A program made the translations under genes and the position numbers. From positions 24,500 to 88,499 of the forward strand of contig CALWOA010000009.1 in the NCBI GenBank assembly GCA_944382965.1: 64,000 nt of DNA, read 5' to 3'. Below the pieces are notes generated by a model that had not been told where the DNA came from, did no database searches, and saw nothing but the letters and a program-made list of their open reading frames with translations. Source of the stretch: an uncultured Oscillospiraceae bacterium. Lineage in GTDB: Bacteria > Bacillota > Clostridia > Oscillospirales > Oscillospiraceae. Shown one piece after another: positions 17,923 to 26,881 of the stretch; the stretch's first letter is position 1; the number at the start of each line of letters is the position of its first letter.

Positions 17923-18696
17923 ATGGAAAAAGGAAGCGTGCAATCCCTGGATCGCGCCTTTCAGCTGCTGGAACTGCTGTGCCAGAGCCCCAAAGGCATG
18001 ACCATTCAGCAGCTGAGCCAGATCACCGGCCTGCACAAAAGTACCGTCCACCGGCTGCTGAATTCCATGGCGGAACGGGGATATGTCCGGCGCACAGGAG
18101 ATGCCATTTACCGGGCCGGAATGCGGATTTGCGAACTGGGAGAATATGTCCAGGAAAATCTGGATGTGGTTTCCCTGGCCCAGGGACCCATGGAACGGCT
18201 GAGCCGCCGTACCGGGGAAACCGTACATCTGGTAGAGCGGGACAACGGTGAAATCGTGTACATCTACAAAGTTGAGAGCATCCATCAGGCCATCCGCATG
18301 GTTTCCCGGATTGGAATGCGCCGCCCTCTGTACTGTACCGGCACCGGAAAGGCCATGCTGGCAGGGGATACCGATGAAGCTATCAGCCAATACTGGGATC
18401 GCCTGATGCCCCAGGCCTATACCGATCAGACCATCGTCCGCAAGGATGCCTTCCTCCGGGAAATCCAGCAAATCCGGCACCAAGGCTATGCCATGGACAA
18501 CGAAGAAAACGAGCTGGGGGTTCGGTGCATCGCCGCCGCCATCGCGGACTGGCGCGGACGGGTCTGCTATGCTCTGTCCATTTCCGCTCCTATGTCCCGG
18601 ATGTCCGATTCCCGGGTAGAGGAACTGATTCCGCTGCTGCTGCAAACCAGGGAAGAAATCGCCTTCTGCCTGGGAACCGCTCCTGCCGAAGAATAA
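17923..18696 (+). CDS. IclR-family regulator (KdgR-like)
   Basis: SVQSLDRAFQLLE, GLHKSTVHRLL HTH, TGETVHL, GYAMDNEENELGVRCIA; divergent from eda-kdgK. Confidence 0.93.
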   Translation: MEKGSVQSLDRAFQLLELLCQSPKGMTIQQLSQITGLHKSTVHRLLNSMAERGYVRRTGDAIYRAGMRICELGEYVQENLDVVSLAQGPMERLSRRTGETVHLVERDNGEIVYIYKVESIHQAIRMVSRIGMRRPLYCTGTGKAMLAGDTDEAISQYWDRLMPQAYTDQTIVRKDAFLREIQQIRHQGYAMDNEENELGVRCIAAAIADWRGRVCYALSISAPMSRMSDSRVEELIPLLLQTREEIAFCLGTAPAEE

Positions 18697-18772
18697 AAAA
18701 ACACCCCCTTGCCTGGCTCGAAGTTTCCTCTTCGGGGTAAGCGCAAGGGGGCAATTGTTATTTCCGTCAAAA

Positions 18773-20125
18773 TCAGTCCGTAATCTCCGGGCGGTAGCCT
18801 TCGGCCTGCTCAATCCAGTCCAGCAGACGCTTGCGCAGCTCCTGCTTCTGCTGGGCATAGGCCGGGTCCTGAATCAGATTATGCAGCTGATAGGGGTCTT
18901 TCTTCATATCGTACAGGAAATCGTCGGCGTATTTGTCGGCAGCGGGAACCTTGAAGCCGTCTGCGTCCGGGGCGTAAACGGAATACAAGTATTCCGGCGT
19001 GCGGATGCACCGGCCCACCCGGCTCTCGGAAATCTGGGCAAAGACCTGATTTTCCCGGCCTTCGGGAGCGCCGCCCAGCAGCTGCTGCAGTTCTTCACCG
19101 ATCATAGCCTTTCCAACGTGGACACCAGCCAGGGACAAAATGGTTTTGGGAATGCTTTCGGTGCTGACCAGTTCCTTCACTTTATGTCCGCCCCGGAAGG
19201 GACCGCCGGCAATCACCAGGGGCACATGCAGGGCAGAATCATGGCAGGAGCGCTTGTAGTCGTCGCCGCCCCGGAGGTGGCTGTCGTTGTTGCGGGTCTT
19301 GAAATGGGAGCCGTGGTCAGAAGAGTAGATAATGACGGTATCGTCATAAATCCCTTCCGCTTTCAATTTTGCCACCAGGCGACCCAGGTTTTCGTCCAAG
19401 CTGGCGCACTGGCCCAGATAATCCGGATATTCCTCCTGGGCGTTGCCCTTCAGTGCCGCCAGATCCTGGGGCAGGACGAAATCTTTGTACTTTTCCTTGG
19501 AGCCGATGGGGCCTTCATAATGTCCCCGGTCATTCTGGTGGTGGGGCTCAATCTGGGAGATCATCAGAAAGAACGGCTTGCTCTTGTCCCGCTGGGCGAA
19601 GAAATCCAGCGCCATGTCGGTGATGCAGTCGGCACGGTAGCCCTTGAACTCGATTTTCTGATTGTTTTCATCGAAAACATAGCCGTCATAGCCGTGGGAG
19701 GTAAACTCCAGCAGGTCTGCCGCCCGCCAGAAGCCGTTGTAGCCGCCCCGGAATTCCTTGGGAACCGCGGTAATGCCGTTGTCAATGATCGGAGGCTCGT
19801 CCAGCTCGCCTTCGCTGGCCAGGTGCCACTTGCCCACATAGGCGGTTTCGTATCCGGCTTCGTCCAGATAGTTTGCCAGAGTTTTCACATCATGGGGAAG
19901 CATCTTGCAGTTGCGGAAGCATCCGGTATCGGTGGCATACCGGCCTGTCTGGAAAATCGCCCGGCAGGGACCGCAGACCGGCTGGGGAGAGAATGCGTTT
20001 TCAAAAAGGGTGCCTTCCTGGGCCAGGGTGTCCAGATTGGGGGTAATGTCCAGGGGCTGGCCATAGCAGCCGCAGGTATCCCAGCGCTGCTGGTCGGTAA
20101 AGTAGAAAATGATATTGTTTGCCAT
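18773..20125 (-). CDS. Cys-type (formylglycine-dependent) sulfatase, no signal peptide
   Basis: NIIFYFTDQQR, CxPxR motif CGPCR, YVGKWHL, SSDHG. Confidence 0.93.
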   Translation of the reverse strand: MANNIIFYFTDQQRWDTCGCYGQPLDITPNLDTLAQEGTLFENAFSPQPVCGPCRAIFQTGRYATDTGCFRNCKMLPHDVKTLANYLDEAGYETAYVGKWHLASEGELDEPPIIDNGITAVPKEFRGGYNGFWRAADLLEFTSHGYDGYVFDENNQKIEFKGYRADCITDMALDFFAQRDKSKPFFLMISQIEPHHQNDRGHYEGPIGSKEKYKDFVLPQDLAALKGNAQEEYPDYLGQCASLDENLGRLVAKLKAEGIYDDTVIIYSSDHGSHFKTRNNDSHLRGGDDYKRSCHDSALHVPLVIAGGPFRGGHKVKELVSTESIPKTILSLAGVHVGKAMIGEELQQLLGGAPEGRENQVFAQISESRVGRCIRTPEYLYSVYAPDADGFKVPAADKYADDFLYDMKKDPYQLHNLIQDPAYAQQKQELRKRLLDWIEQAEGYRPEITD

Positions 20126-20255
20126 TGCAGTTTCTCCTTACAAAATCATGGGTGCGCCTGCCATGCAGGAATCGGGCGCTTGGTTGGGAAATTTTCCTTG
20201 ACGGCGACGGGGATGGGGACTATGCTAATGAAAAAAGCGATGATAGGTGCTGCTT

Positions 20256-21359
20256 ATGAAAAATCTGTCCATTATGCTCAAACCGGCTTCCTCCGCCTGC
20301 AATCTGCGATGCAGCTACTGCTTTTATCGGGATGTAAGCAGTCACCGGGATGCTGCCAATTACGGCTTCCTATCCATTTCTGCCATGGAGCAGATCCTGG
20401 ACAATATCTTCCGGGATCTGGTGCCGGGGGACCGGGTAAGCTTTGTGTTTCAGGGGGGCGAACCCACCCTGGTAGGTTTGGATTTCTACCGGCACTTTAC
20501 AGACTACTGCAAGCCCCAGGTGCAGCGGGGCGTAGACATCCGCTACGCCCTGCAGACAAACGGTATTTTACTGGACGAAGCATGGTGCCGTTTTCTGAAG
20601 GAAAACCACTTTCTGGTGGGACTGTCCCTGGACGGCCCTGCCCAGATTCACAACGCCCAGCGTAAATCCTCCGACGGCAACGGCAGCTTCCGCAAGGTAA
20701 TGGCTGCAAAAAAGCAGCTGGAGCAATCGGGAACGGAATATAACGTGCTGATGGTTTTAACCCGGGAAATGGCCCGGCACCCCAGAGAAATCTGGAATTT
20801 TCTGGTGGAAAATCAGCTGCAATACGTTCAGTTTATCCCTTGTCTGGACGAACTGGACGGGCAAAATTCCCCCTGGGGCATCACGCCGGAGCGGTACGGA
20901 GAATTTTACCAGGGGCTATTTGACCTGTGGCTGGCGGCCTTCCGCCAGGGCAGATACACCAGCATCAAGCTCTTTGATGATTATCTCCAGCTGCTGGCCC
21001 GAGGAATCCAGGGCAGCTGCGGCCTGCTGGGCAGGTGCAGTCCCCAGATTGTGGTGGAAGCGGACGGAAGCGTCTATCCCTGCGATTTTTATGTGCTGGA
21101 TACTTATCAGGCGGGGAACCTGAAGTCCCAGTCCCTGCGGGAAGTTTTTCTGTCACCGAAAATGCAGGAATTTGCCCGCCGGGAAGTCCCCCGGAATCCA
21201 GGCTGTGACAGCTGTCCTTTCCTGCGCATCTGCGGCGGGGGCTGCACCCGTATGAGAAAGCAGGTTTTCTCCCCGGGGAAAAACGGCATCTGCGGTCACC
21301 GGATGTTCCTGGAGCACGCCATCGCTCCTTTAAGTGCCATTGCCAGAACCCTGCGCTGA
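20256..21359 (+). CDS. Anaerobic sulfatase-maturating radical SAM/SPASM enzyme (anSME, AslB/ChuR-like)
   Basis: MLKPASSACNLRCSYC, FQGGEPTL, GLSLDGP, SPASM cysteines (CGLLGRC, YPCDF, CDSCPFLRICGGGC); divergent from the sulfatase. Confidence 0.93.
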   Translation: MKNLSIMLKPASSACNLRCSYCFYRDVSSHRDAANYGFLSISAMEQILDNIFRDLVPGDRVSFVFQGGEPTLVGLDFYRHFTDYCKPQVQRGVDIRYALQTNGILLDEAWCRFLKENHFLVGLSLDGPAQIHNAQRKSSDGNGSFRKVMAAKKQLEQSGTEYNVLMVLTREMARHPREIWNFLVENQLQYVQFIPCLDELDGQNSPWGITPERYGEFYQGLFDLWLAAFRQGRYTSIKLFDDYLQLLARGIQGSCGLLGRCSPQIVVEADGSVYPCDFYVLDTYQAGNLKSQSLREVFLSPKMQEFARREVPRNPGCDSCPFLRICGGGCTRMRKQVFSPGKNGICGHRMFLEHAIAPLSAIARTLR

Positions 21360-21376
21360 AAAATCTCCTCCTGTGT

Positions 21377-21406
21377 TTATCGCCCTGCCGGTTGGCAGGG
21401 CGATAA
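21377..21406. terminator. Bidirectional terminator-like hairpin
   Basis: TTATCGCCCTGCC-GGTT-GGCAGGGCGATAA, a 13-bp perfect stem between convergent genes. Confidence 0.65.
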
Positions 21407-21411
21407 TTTGG

Positions 21412-23595
21412 TTATACGGACTCAATTTCGTACCACTTGATTTCGTTGGCATCCATCTGCAGGGAGAAGGAGCCCTTGTCGGTGTAAACCGTAGTGGTCT
21501 GAGGCTCGTAGGTGTTGTTTACCACGCAGTACTTGCCGTTCTTGACGAAGGCGTGGACTTCCACATTGTAGTTGGTGGAGTACCACTTACGCAGCTCTTC
21601 TTCTGCATGGGCAGACCACAAAATGGCCCGGTACAGCACACGGCTGTTCTCGAAGGAGTAGGGCAGACCGGAAATGTACACGCTGCGGCCGCTGCCGAAG
21701 TCGTTGACAGCCATCTGCACTTCCTTGTCCTTCTGTACCAGAATCTGGGCATTGGGCAGGGCATACATATTCTTCTTGCCTTCGCCGAAGTCCACTTCGC
21801 CCTTCACATCTTCCAGGATGAAGTGGTTGTGCAGCTGGGCCCAGTTGTACTTGTCGTAGTTCAGGGTAAATCCGGTTTCCTTCTCCACGCCCATGACGCT
21901 GCTCAGCTGCAGGTAGTGACCCTGGTACTGGTGACCAGCAGGCTCACCCACACCGATAAAGCCGCCGCCCCGATGGACAAAGCCACGGATGGCTGCGCTG
22001 ATGGTGGGATCTTCCCACTCTGCGCCGCCGGTGTGAGCGGTATCGCCGTCACCGACATTGATAATCACATCGATGCTGTCGAGAATCTTGGGGTCCTTGC
22101 GGATATCGTCGAAGGAGATGAACTTCACGTCAAAGGGAGCACCAGACAGAGCTTCAATGATACCGGCGTAGGAATAGTTCTGCTTCTGATACAGGGCATG
22201 GTGCACCATATGGCAGCCCCAGGCCCGCATCTTGCCCCAGCAGTTCAGGACTGCCACGGTCTTGACGCAGTAAGGAGTGGTGCCCTTGATGTTCTCGTAC
22301 AGTTCCCGGAACTCGTTGCACACGGATTCAATGTAGTCGATAAACTCGGGGAACTGCAGAGCCAGCTTCAGGTATCCGCCATAGCCGATCCGGTCGATGG
22401 GCTTACGCAGAATGGCCCGACGGGCAGTAACCCAGTTCTCCTTGGCTTCCTTCACGGGATCGCCGCCTTCGTGGAAAGTATCCGGGAAGAAGTAGGGCAG
22501 GAACCGGCCTTCGGTGTACTTCACCCCGGGGATATCGGAGATCAGCCGGAGGGTAGAACCGTTGCCCACGGAGCCAACCACAGCGTCCATGCCGATGCTC
22601 TTCCACTCTTCCATGAACGGCTCCATGCCGATCCAGTGGTCGCCCAGGAACATCATGGCTTCCAGACCCAGCTCGTGGGTGATGTCCACCATTTCCTTGG
22701 CAAGCTTGGCCACTTCCCGGCGCTGGAAGGCCTGGAAGTCCTTGAATTCCTTGGAGGGAACCCGGTACTGGTTGTTGTAGTAGCCCTGGTCCACGATGAA
22801 CTCGGGACGGAACTTGTAGCCCACTTCCTTCTCAAACTGCTCCAGAATGTACGGAGACACGGAAGCGGAGTAGCCGTACCAGTCCACATACTTCTCCCGC
22901 TTCAGCTCGTCGAACATCAGGGTGAACTGATGGAAGAAGGTGGTGTAGCGGATTACGTTGACATAAGGATGGTCGGCAATGAACTTGCGCAGCCGCTCCA
23001 TGGTGAACTTGTGGGTCTTGGGCTGGCGGACGTCAAAGGTGATCTGGTGCTCAAAGTTCTGCCAGTTGTTGGTCACGGCGTTGTACATATGCACCGGGTC
23101 CCAGATCAGGTAAGCCAGGAAGGCCACGGTATACTCGTGGAATGCCTGGGGCTTGTCAATCACCACGCAGCCGGTTTCGCTGTCGTAGCGCCAGTCATCG
23201 GCGCTCAGAGGCTGACCGGTGGTTCTGTCCATAACTTCCCACCAGCGCTTGATGTCGTCACGGGTGTTGACTTCCATCAGCTCGGGAGAAATGCCCTTCA
23301 TCAGCGGAATGGACAGAGCGCCCTCAGAGGCGGTATAGAAGCCGGTCATAATGTAGCACTGCTGCACTTCGTCAGGATTGGCCTTGGCCCAGGCGTTGTC
23401 TTTCCGGGTGGTGTAGTAGGTGGAGTAGATTTTGGCGTCCAGATCCTTCAGCTCTGCGGGGAAATCGGTGCCGTCGCAGTCACGGATGGCGTCGGCGCCC
23501 CAGCGCTTCATGATCTCCAGAGTTTCGGGGACCACGTCCAGGTCCGTGGGAATGGTTACGCGACCGCGGCTGCGGTCAAAAGTCTGATTGCTCAT
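21412..23595 (-). CDS. gnpA: 1,3-beta-galactosyl-N-acetylhexosamine (GNB/LNB) phosphorylase, GH112
   Basis: GRVTIPTD...WGADAIRDCDGT, IWDPVHMYN, YTTFFHQFTL, catalytic MMFLGDHWIG, GSVGNG, EGRFLPYFFPDTF; 727 aa. Confidence 0.93.
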   Translation of the reverse strand: MSNQTFDRSRGRVTIPTDLDVVPETLEIMKRWGADAIRDCDGTDFPAELKDLDAKIYSTYYTTRKDNAWAKANPDEVQQCYIMTGFYTASEGALSIPLMKGISPELMEVNTRDDIKRWWEVMDRTTGQPLSADDWRYDSETGCVVIDKPQAFHEYTVAFLAYLIWDPVHMYNAVTNNWQNFEHQITFDVRQPKTHKFTMERLRKFIADHPYVNVIRYTTFFHQFTLMFDELKREKYVDWYGYSASVSPYILEQFEKEVGYKFRPEFIVDQGYYNNQYRVPSKEFKDFQAFQRREVAKLAKEMVDITHELGLEAMMFLGDHWIGMEPFMEEWKSIGMDAVVGSVGNGSTLRLISDIPGVKYTEGRFLPYFFPDTFHEGGDPVKEAKENWVTARRAILRKPIDRIGYGGYLKLALQFPEFIDYIESVCNEFRELYENIKGTTPYCVKTVAVLNCWGKMRAWGCHMVHHALYQKQNYSYAGIIEALSGAPFDVKFISFDDIRKDPKILDSIDVIINVGDGDTAHTGGAEWEDPTISAAIRGFVHRGGGFIGVGEPAGHQYQGHYLQLSSVMGVEKETGFTLNYDKYNWAQLHNHFILEDVKGEVDFGEGKKNMYALPNAQILVQKDKEVQMAVNDFGSGRSVYISGLPYSFENSRVLYRAILWSAHAEEELRKWYSTNYNVEVHAFVKNGKYCVVNNTYEPQTTTVYTDKGSFSLQMDANEIKWYEIESV

Positions 23596-23690
23596 GCAGA
23601 CCTCCTTATGCTCTTTCTCCCCGGCAGCTTTATTGCGCTGACACGAGGATTGTTTTTAATGGGTTTGAATGCGCCTTGCGCGCAGCCAGC

Positions 23691-24482
23691 TCAGGGCTGT
23701 TTGCCGATGTAGGCCAGGATGCCGCCGTCCACATACAGGATGTGGCCGTTGACAAAGTTGCTGGCGTCGGAAGCCAGGAATACCGTAGGACCTACCAGAT
23801 CATCGGTGGTGCCCCAGCGTCCGGCCGGAGTCTTGGAGATGATAAACTGATCGAAAGGATGCCGGCTGCCGTCGGCCTGCCGCTGCCGCAGCGGTGCGGT
23901 CTGGCTGGTGGCAATGTAGCCGGGGCCGATGCCGTTGCACTGAATATTCTCCCCTCCGAACTCGGAGCAGATGTTCCGGGTCAGCATCTTCAGACCGCCC
24001 TTGGCGGCGGCGTAGGCGCTGACGGTTTCCCGGCCCAGCTCACTCATCATGGAGCAGATGTTGATGATTTTGCCGTGGCCCTTTTCCCGCATGCCGGGGA
24101 TCACAGCCTTGGCGCAGATAAAGGGTGCCACCAGATCCACGTCGATGACCTTGGAGAAATCCTCCACGGACATTTCCGTCATAGGAATCCGCTTGATAAT
24201 ACCGGCATTGTTGACCAGAATGTCGATGATGCCCACTTCTTCCCGGATTTTGGCAACCATGGAAGCAACTGCGGCTTCGTCAGTGACGTCCGCCACATAG
24301 CCGTGGACATCTACGCCTGCCTGGCGGTAGGCTTCCATGCCCCGCTCCAGGCTGGCCTGGTTGGAGCAGTTGAAGCAGACCCGGGCACCGGCCTGGGCCA
24401 GGCCCACGCCGATGGCAAATCCAATGGAATGAGCGCCGCCGGTGACCAGGGCGATCTTACCTTCCAGAGAAAATAGATTCAT
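23691..24482 (-). CDS. kduD: 2-keto-3-deoxy-D-gluconate dehydrogenase / gluconate 5-dehydrogenase-type SDR
   Basis: TGGAHSIG, NNAGII, YAAAK, NGIGPGY; directly downstream of kduI. Confidence 0.85.
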   Translation of the reverse strand: MNLFSLEGKIALVTGGAHSIGFAIGVGLAQAGARVCFNCSNQASLERGMEAYRQAGVDVHGYVADVTDEAAVASMVAKIREEVGIIDILVNNAGIIKRIPMTEMSVEDFSKVIDVDLVAPFICAKAVIPGMREKGHGKIINICSMMSELGRETVSAYAAAKGGLKMLTRNICSEFGGENIQCNGIGPGYIATSQTAPLRQRQADGSRHPFDQFIISKTPAGRWGTTDDLVGPTVFLASDASNFVNGHILYVDGGILAYIGKQP

Positions 24483-24496
24483 TTCCGTTCCTCCTG

Positions 24497-25339
24497 TCAG
24501 CGCAGCTCGGTGGTGGGGATGGTGTCCATATCATCAAAGGCCTGGTTCTCGCCGCCCATGGCCCAGATGAAGGTGTAGTTGCTGGTGCCGGCGCCGGCGT
24601 GGATGGACCAGGAGGGGCTGATCACTGCCTGCTCATTCTGCATCACGATATGGCGGGTTTCCTGACCTTCGCCCATCATGTGGAACACCACATTGTTCTC
24701 AGGCACCTCGAAGTACATATACACTTCCATCCGCCGCTCGTGGGTGTGGGCGGGCATGGTATTCCAGACAGAGCCGGGCTCCAGAACCGTCATACCCATG
24801 GACAGCTGGCAGGTTTTCAGCACGTCGGGGTGGATGAACTGGTTGATCACCCGCTTGTTGGAGGTTTCCATAGCGCCCAGGGGCTTCTTGGCAGCGTCTG
24901 CAATCTTAATCAGCTTGGTTTCGTAGCTGCAGTGGGCAGGGGCGGAAACCATGTAGAACTTGGCGGGCTTTGCGGAGTCGTCGCTGGCAAAGAGCACTTC
25001 CTTCGCACCCCGGGTGATATACAGGCAATCCTTGTAGCCCATGGGGTACACTGTGCCGTCCACGCTGACCGTGCCGCTGCCGCCGATGTTGAAAATACCA
25101 ATTTCCCGGCGCTCCAGGAAATAGCTGGTACCGAAGTTCTTCCAGATATCAATACCCTTGTCAATCGACACACTCTGTGTTACAGGCATAACACCCATGG
25201 TCACCATACGGTCCACATGGCTGTATACCGCTACCACCTCATCGGGTACATACAGGTTCTCGATCAGGAATTCTTTCCGCGTTTCCTCGGTGGTGTAACG
25301 CTTGAAATCACGCTGATTGCAAGAATACCGAATGTCCAT
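24497..25339 (-). CDS. kduI: 4-deoxy-L-threo-5-hexosulose-uronate ketol-isomerase
   Basis: YSHVDRM, FLERREIGIFN, WNTMPAHTHERRMEVY, SPSWSIH, IWAMGGENQ. Confidence 0.96.
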   Translation of the reverse strand: MDIRYSCNQRDFKRYTTEETRKEFLIENLYVPDEVVAVYSHVDRMVTMGVMPVTQSVSIDKGIDIWKNFGTSYFLERREIGIFNIGGSGTVSVDGTVYPMGYKDCLYITRGAKEVLFASDDSAKPAKFYMVSAPAHCSYETKLIKIADAAKKPLGAMETSNKRVINQFIHPDVLKTCQLSMGMTVLEPGSVWNTMPAHTHERRMEVYMYFEVPENNVVFHMMGEGQETRHIVMQNEQAVISPSWSIHAGAGTSNYTFIWAMGGENQAFDDMDTIPTTELR

Positions 25340-25711
25340 TTGAAATTCTCCTTTTGCTTGTTGTTGTTCTGGGACATAGCGTCCTTTTTCTCCGGCGAAA
25401 AAGGTGCTTTTTTTCTATTATACAGGAACGAGCAGAAAAGGCAATACGCCTTTTGGTGGAAACGGCAAAATTTTAATTTTTGTCGTTCTGGAGTTCTTTC
25501 CAGACTATTCTGCCCGGCACAGAAAAAATCATGGTTTACAGAACGAACGGATTATCTTATAATGGGCTGGAACGGTCTGCCCGACTGCTTCCCCGATGGG
25601 GGAAGTTCTTGGCAGGAACCAGGCATCCCGAAGGGTTATTTCCTCCGGAAAGGGGACGATTGAAACAACTCCGCTTTCCGGGCATTCCCCAGAAGTTTAA
25701 AAGGATGATAC

Positions 25712-26869
25712 ATGATGAACCAACGCAACGATGTGCTGACCCCCGCCTTCGCCTTGGAGCAGCTGGACTTCTGCAAAACGAAAGTCGATCAGCTCCGTCG
25801 CCGTTTCCACAATACCTTCCCCGGAGCCAACACGGAAGGGCTGCGTTATCCCGAGGAGACGGAAAACTTTGAGTGGACCACCTCTTTCTACAGCGGCATG
25901 CTGTGGCTGCTGTGGGAACACACCAAAGATGACGCCTATCTGCAATCCCTGAAACCCCAGCTGGAAAGCTTCTATGAACGGGTGGAAAAACCCGGCTATA
26001 TCGATACCCACGATCTGGGTTTCCTGTATTCCCTGTCCTGCGGCCCGGCCATGCATCTGCTGGGGGACGAGCGGGCGAAAGCCGCCTTTATCAAGGCCGC
26101 CGATTACCTCAAAGCCCGGTATTTCCCGGAAGCCGGGGTCATTCAGGCCTGGGGCGATCTGTCCGATCCGGAAAACCGGGGCCGCATGATCATCGACTGC
26201 CTGCTGAACCTGCCGCTGCTGTACCAGGCCAGCCGGATCACCGGCGATCCTTCTTACAAGGAAATCGCCTACCGCCACGCCTGCCAGGCCCGCAAATATA
26301 TCATCCGTCCCGACCACTCCACCTACCACACCTACTACATGGATGTGGAAACCGGCGAGCCTCGGTTCGGCCGAACCGCCCAGGGTTACAGCGACACTTC
26401 CTGCTGGGCACGGGGCCAGTCCTGGGGCGTTTACGGCTTTGCCCTGAGCTATGCCCACACCGGGGACAAGTCCTTCCTGAAGGCGGCCTGTGATGTTCTG
26501 GATTACTTCCTGGCGCATCTGCCGGAAGATCACATCTGCTACTGGGACCTGTACTTCACCGAAGGCGATCAGCCCCGGGACAGCTCCGCCGCCGCCGTGG
26601 TCTGCTGCGGCATTCTGGAACTGCTGCGCCACCTGCCTCTGACCGACCCGAAGCGGGAAGTGTATCAGAAAGCCCTGGTGGACATGATGTCCAGCCTGGC
26701 CCAGCACTACACCACCCAGGACAACCCGGAGCAGGAGGGCATCCTGCGCCACGGCGTGTACTCCATCCCCCACAACCGGGGCATTGACGAGTGCATGATC
26801 TGGGGTGACTATTACTATATGGAGGCGCTGTACTGCCTGCTCTACGGCCCCTGCTGCTACTGGCTGTAA
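25712..26869 (+). CDS. ugl: Unsaturated glucuronyl hydrolase, GH88
   Basis: EWTTSFYSG, HDLGFLY, IQAW, IIDCLLNL, WARGQSW, DSSAAA, WGDYYYMEAL; no signal peptide. Confidence 0.92.
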   Translation: MMNQRNDVLTPAFALEQLDFCKTKVDQLRRRFHNTFPGANTEGLRYPEETENFEWTTSFYSGMLWLLWEHTKDDAYLQSLKPQLESFYERVEKPGYIDTHDLGFLYSLSCGPAMHLLGDERAKAAFIKAADYLKARYFPEAGVIQAWGDLSDPENRGRMIIDCLLNLPLLYQASRITGDPSYKEIAYRHACQARKYIIRPDHSTYHTYYMDVETGEPRFGRTAQGYSDTSCWARGQSWGVYGFALSYAHTGDKSFLKAACDVLDYFLAHLPEDHICYWDLYFTEGDQPRDSSAAAVVCCGILELLRHLPLTDPKREVYQKALVDMMSSLAQHYTTQDNPEQEGILRHGVYSIPHNRGIDECMIWGDYYYMEALYCLLYGPCCYWL

Positions 26870-26881
26870 AGGAGCAAAGAT

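Noticed and set aside
18773-21359. Sulfatase/radical-SAM pair as a novel RiPP system
   Set aside because: The radical SAM enzyme has anSME features and faces a CxPxR sulfatase; no precursor peptide is present.
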